A stretch of 35,494 nt of DNA from a virus (Duplodnaviria; Caudoviricetes). The notes under the pieces are model-generated. The model was not told the DNA's origin. It searched no databases and saw nothing but the letters and a program-made list of their open reading frames with translations. Position numbers and translations under genes: made by a program. Below are positions 32,584 through 35,494 of this stretch, piece after piece (the stretch's first letter is position 1; each line of letters starts with the position of its first letter). The stretch is taken from positions 1-35,494 of IMG/VR virus record IMGVR_UViG_3300037419_000304; one strand, given 5' to 3'.

Positions 32584-32750
32584 TGACTAGCGACGACCGC
32601 CTCTGGGTCGACAAGCAAGGCGATGTCTGGCGTATCGGCGATGACGGCCTGATGCACACCTTCGAGACGGCACCGTTCCCCCGCGAGTACGTCGAGAAGA
32701 AGTGGGGTCCGCTGAAGCCTGTTCAGAACGGCGAGGAGGACTCCGAGTGA
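32583..32750 (+). CDS. Small hypothetical protein (55 aa)
   Basis: WVD..GDVW...WGPL motif recurrent in actinophages; coupled overlaps; absent from ORF track. Confidence 0.75.
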   Translation: MTSDDRLWVDKQGDVWRIGDDGLMHTFETAPFPREYVEKKWGPLKPVQNGEEDSE

Positions 32751-33073
32751 CCACAGTCCTCGACCAGCTGCAGAACATCTCCCGCGACCTCGACAACGCC
32801 ATCCGCGACCTGTCCCGCCTCGAGCAGCAGGCCGCCGAAGCCGAGTCGGCGTACCGGGTAGCGAAAGCACAAGCGTTCCTCGCCGCCGAAGGTGCTGTGC
32901 AGACCCGCGAACACACCGCCGTCTTGTCCACCCAGCGGCAGTTGATCGAACGCGACAAGACTGCCGCTCTCGTCCGCGTACAGCGCGAGTACATCCGCGC
33001 CTTGCATGCCCGCATCGACGTGGGCCGCACCATCGTCGCCACCGAGCGGACGTTGGCGGGGGTGAGCATCTGA
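32747..33073 (+). CDS. Coiled-coil protein, possibly a recombination mediator
   Basis: GAGGAGG RBS; all-helical with AE..Y..A.A.AFL...G....RE..A pattern. Confidence 0.65.
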   Translation: MTTVLDQLQNISRDLDNAIRDLSRLEQQAAEAESAYRVAKAQAFLAAEGAVQTREHTAVLSTQRQLIERDKTAALVRVQREYIRALHARIDVGRTIVATERTLAGVSI

Positions 33074-33621
33074 TGAAGCTCGCCTATGCAGATCCTCCAT
33101 ACCTCGGGTGCTGCAGCCTCTACGAGCACCACCACCCAGACGGCAAGTGTTGGGATGATCCCGAAACCCATGCACTCCTTGCGCGCCGGCTCATCGGCGA
33201 GTACGACGGGTTCGCCCTGTCGATGACAAGCCAGAGCCTCCCGGTCATCGCGCCGATGTTCACTGATGCGGCGCGCGTGGCGGCCTGGGTGAAGCCGTTC
33301 GCCGCATTCAAGCGGAACGTGCGGATCGCTTACACGTGGGAGCCGGTGATCTTCAGCCCCGGTCGTGACTCGAGTAAGGATGGCGCGCCGGTTGGCCGTG
33401 ACCATCTCGCCGAGTCCATCACCATGCGGAAGGGATTCACTGGCGCTAAACCGCGTGCGTTCTGCGACTGGGTGCTGGACCTGCTTGGTTGGATGCCCGG
33501 CGACGAGCTGGACGATCTGTATCCCGGCACGGGCGTCATGGGCAGCGTCGTACGGGCGCGGCTATGGGAGCTCGAAGAGATCAACGGGCAGTCCCCTCTC
33601 GACTTCGGGGAGGTCTCATGA
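33073..33621 (+). CDS. Minimal amino (N6-A/N4-C) DNA methyltransferase, beta-type motif order
   Basis: Catalytic YADPPY at N-terminus, W.K, E, KP, and SAM-binding DLYPGTG near C-terminus. Confidence 0.85.
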   Translation: MKLAYADPPYLGCCSLYEHHHPDGKCWDDPETHALLARRLIGEYDGFALSMTSQSLPVIAPMFTDAARVAAWVKPFAAFKRNVRIAYTWEPVIFSPGRDSSKDGAPVGRDHLAESITMRKGFTGAKPRAFCDWVLDLLGWMPGDELDDLYPGTGVMGSVVRARLWELEEINGQSPLDFGEVS

Positions 33622-33995
33622 GCCCCAAAGCGACGCGGGCGATTCAGGAGGCCGCCAGAAGGATCGTCCGGCAACGTGACGGTCACCGCTGCCAGATGTG
33701 CGGCCGGTCGATCGTGGACTTCCCCAGCAGCATCCACCACCGCATCAACCGCGGCAGCGGAGGAAGCGCGAAACTCGAACGTCCCTCGCTGCTGATCCGC
33801 ATGTGCGGCACCGGCACCACCGGGTGTCATGGCTGGGTCACCAACGAGCCGCGCCAGGCGGGGAAGTGGGGCTGGCTGCTACCCAAGAACAACCCTGACA
33901 TCGACCCGGAGCAGGAGCGCATCCTGCTGTACGACGGCTGGCACATCCTCACCGACGACGGATCCCGTCACCCGCTGATCGAGGGGGTCGCATGA
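33618..33995 (+). CDS. HNH endonuclease
   Basis: V..RDG.RC..CG, HHR..RG.GG, CG.GTTGCHGW. Confidence 0.88.
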   Translation: MSPKATRAIQEAARRIVRQRDGHRCQMCGRSIVDFPSSIHHRINRGSGGSAKLERPSLLIRMCGTGTTGCHGWVTNEPRQAGKWGWLLPKNNPDIDPEQERILLYDGWHILTDDGSRHPLIEGVA

Positions 33996-34708
33996 GCCTC
34001 AATGTCCTCAGCTTCTTCAGCGGCATCGGCGGCTTGGAGTTGGGTCTCGAGCGGGTCGGGATGACGACAGTAGGGCAAGTCGAGATCGACCCATTCTGCC
34101 GGCGCGTGCTGGCTAAGCACTGGCCGGAGGTGCCGAAACATGACGACGTCCGCACAGCTGTCGACTGGTGGCGTGGAGAACCCCGGCCGCCAGTCCATGT
34201 TCTCTGCGGAGGATTCCCCTGCCAGGACGTCTCCAACGCTGGACGGCGCGTCGGCATCGACGGAGCCCGCAGTGGACTCTGGTCATGGATGGCTCACGCC
34301 GCTAGCGAGCTACGACCCCGATACATCCTCGTGGAGAACACCCCAGGCCTCCTTGCTCGGGGGATGGGAAGAGTTCTCGGAGACTTGGCCGACCTCGGGT
34401 ATGACGCGGAATGGTCAAGTGTTCCCGCGTGCGCCATGGGCGCACCACATCCACGTGACCGGGTGTTCATCCTGGCCTACCCCCAGGGCCAGCGACAGGG
34501 ACAACTGCGGCGGCGCTGGAGCCCGGAAGAAGGCGCAAGCTACTGGGGTGTACGTCGGCCGCAAGCAGAACCCCCAGTTACCCGAGTGGCTGATGGGGTT
34601 CCCGATCGGGTGGACCGACTTATCGCCCTCGGAAACGCCGTAGTCCCCCAGGTCGCCGAGTTCATTGGCCGTCAGTTGCTCGACCTCGCCTCTCGGGAGG
34701 TCGCGTGA
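33992..34708 (+). CDS. C5-cytosine DNA methyltransferase, alpha-like polypeptide
   Basis: Motif I FSGIGG, IV GGFPCQ, VI ENTPG, VIII H.RDRVF, X LGNAVVP; no recognisable motif IX. Confidence 0.95.
   Translation: MSLNVLSFFSGIGGLELGLERVGMTTVGQVEIDPFCRRVLAKHWPEVPKHDDVRTAVDWWRGEPRPPVHVLCGGFPCQDVSNAGRRVGIDGARSGLWSWMAHAASELRPRYILVENTPGLLARGMGRVLGDLADLGYDAEWSSVPACAMGAPHPRDRVFILAYPQGQRQGQLRRRWSPEEGASYWGVRRPQAEPPVTRVADGVPDRVDRLIALGNAVVPQVAEFIGRQLLDLASREVA
34140..34643 (+). CDS. Nested +1-frame gene: C5-MTase beta-like polypeptide (recognition region plus motif IX)
   Basis: 167 open codons inside the MTase gene; GGAGG at 34126-34130, 9 nt before ATG; WPTPRASD and NP...EWLMGFPIGWT. Confidence 0.75.
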   Translation: MTTSAQLSTGGVENPGRQSMFSAEDSPARTSPTLDGASASTEPAVDSGHGWLTPLASYDPDTSSWRTPQASLLGGWEEFSETWPTSGMTRNGQVFPRAPWAHHIHVTGCSSWPTPRASDRDNCGGAGARKKAQATGVYVGRKQNPQLPEWLMGFPIGWTDLSPSETP

Positions 34709-34812
34709 TGGGCATCCTCGACTGGCTCCGTCATCTCCACTGCCCGCATCACGGGCGCTTCTGCCGTGGGCGCGCCTGCTGCTGCCGGGACCGCCACTGG
34801 AGGGGACTGTGA
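34708..34812 (+). CDS. Cys/His-rich micropeptide (34 aa)
   Basis: GGAGG RBS; TGATG overlaps at both ends; MGILDWLRHLHCPHHGRFCRGRACCCRDRHWRGL. Confidence 0.55.
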   Translation: MGILDWLRHLHCPHHGRFCRGRACCCRDRHWRGL

Positions 34813-35114
34813 TGACCGACCCCAATGCGTTCCCCGGCCGCCGGCTCACGGAAGCACGCAAACTGCAGCGGGCGAAGCGTCTAGCCGACCCCTTGTACCT
34901 CGAGCTGCTGCGGGAACGGTTCAGCCGCTCGAGCACCTCCACATGGTGGCCTACACCACCAGCGCACAAGGACGCCGAAACCATGCAGTACTTCCGCCGG
35001 CTCGAACTGGAGGAAGCCGCCCAATCCGACGAGGAGGTATGGCCTGATGGTCTGGTTCAGAATGGACGACTCATTCCCGAGTCACCCGAAGGTGCTGGGG
35101 ATCCCGCGGCGTGA
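34812..35114 (+). CDS. Hypothetical protein (100 aa)
   Basis: GGAGG RBS and TGATG start; 3' end overlaps rep by 68 nt. Confidence 0.55.
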   Translation: MTDPNAFPGRRLTEARKLQRAKRLADPLYLELLRERFSRSSTSTWWPTPPAHKDAETMQYFRRLELEEAAQSDEEVWPDGLVQNGRLIPESPEGAGDPAA

Positions 35115-35494
35115 CCGGCTCGCCGCTATCGGCCTATGGACCCTCGCGGGTGGTTGGTGCGCGAAGCAACTGACCGATGGATACCTCGCCAAGCACATGC
35201 TCGAGGAGATCGGCGGGAGCCCAAGACTGGCCTCAACATTGGTTGAGGTTGGCTTGTGGGAGGTTTCGGAGGGTGGCTACCAATTTCACGATTGGGATCA
35301 CTACAACCCAACGCGTGAAGAGGTGGAAGCGGACAGAACCGCTGCTCGTGAGCGTATGAAGCGCATTCGTTCGGGGCGAAGTTCAGGGGGAAGTTCGCCC
35401 GAAGTTCGCGCGAACAACAAGCGAAGTTCGGATCAGGTTCGCGACCCCCGACCCGACCCGACCCGACCAGAAGTTCCTGACGGAACTTCTTCGG
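35047..35494 (+). CDS. RepA-like replication initiator, N-terminal part (continues across the join to 486)
   Basis: GAGGAGG RBS; MVWFRMDDSF.SHPK...A.GLW..AG.W...LTDG...LV.VGLW...GYQFHDW..YNP...R..ARERM.R.R; missing from ORF track because it runs off the end. Confidence 0.88.
   Translation, partial: MVWFRMDDSFPSHPKVLGIPRRDRLAAIGLWTLAGGWCAKQLTDGYLAKHMLEEIGGSPRLASTLVEVGLWEVSEGGYQFHDWDHYNPTREEVEADRTAARERMKRIRSGRSSGGSSPEVRANNKRSSDQVRDPRPDPTRPEVPDGTSS
35368..35494. repeat. 127-bp direct repeat identical to 1-127
   Basis: Exact match to window start. Confidence 0.95.

Noticed and set aside
35368-35494. Biological terminal direct repeat
   Set aside because: It falls mid-gene in rep, its length matches a common k-mer, and the packaging site is expected near terS

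Overview
This window looks like a complete, circularly permuted genome of a temperate, high-GC actinobacterial siphophage. The unique length is 35,367 bp; bases 1-127 are repeated exactly at 35368-35494, most likely an assembly overlap. Late region (+ strand): HNH and P-loop ATPase, likely cos region, terminase, HK97-type portal/protease/capsid, an inserted endonuclease VII gene, a fibre/neck module, tail genes with a -1 frameshifted chaperone, tape measure, minor tail proteins and a multi-membrane-protein lysis cassette with an amidase. A leftward block follows: lipoprotein, small membrane protein, secreted SGNH hydrolase, an intact attP matching the 3' half of tRNA-Val(CAC), tyrosine integrase, and two HTH regulators flanking a membrane protein. 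The rightward early region holds Xis-like HTH, RusA, WhiB, Rad52-like annealase, two DNA methyltransferases around an HNH, and a RepA-like initiator that spans the contig join. Strongest unusual signals: (1) a C5 methyltransferase whose recognition region and motif IX are in a nested +1-frame gene with its own RBS; (2) the same phased ~10-bp repeat array at attP and at the lysis/lysogeny promoters; (3) an HNH and an ATPase ending in the identical peptide TVREW with different codons; (4) a cargo gene placed so that integration may put it under the host tRNA promoter; (5) several structured RNA-like intergenic elements. All calls come from reading motifs and synteny; no searches were run.
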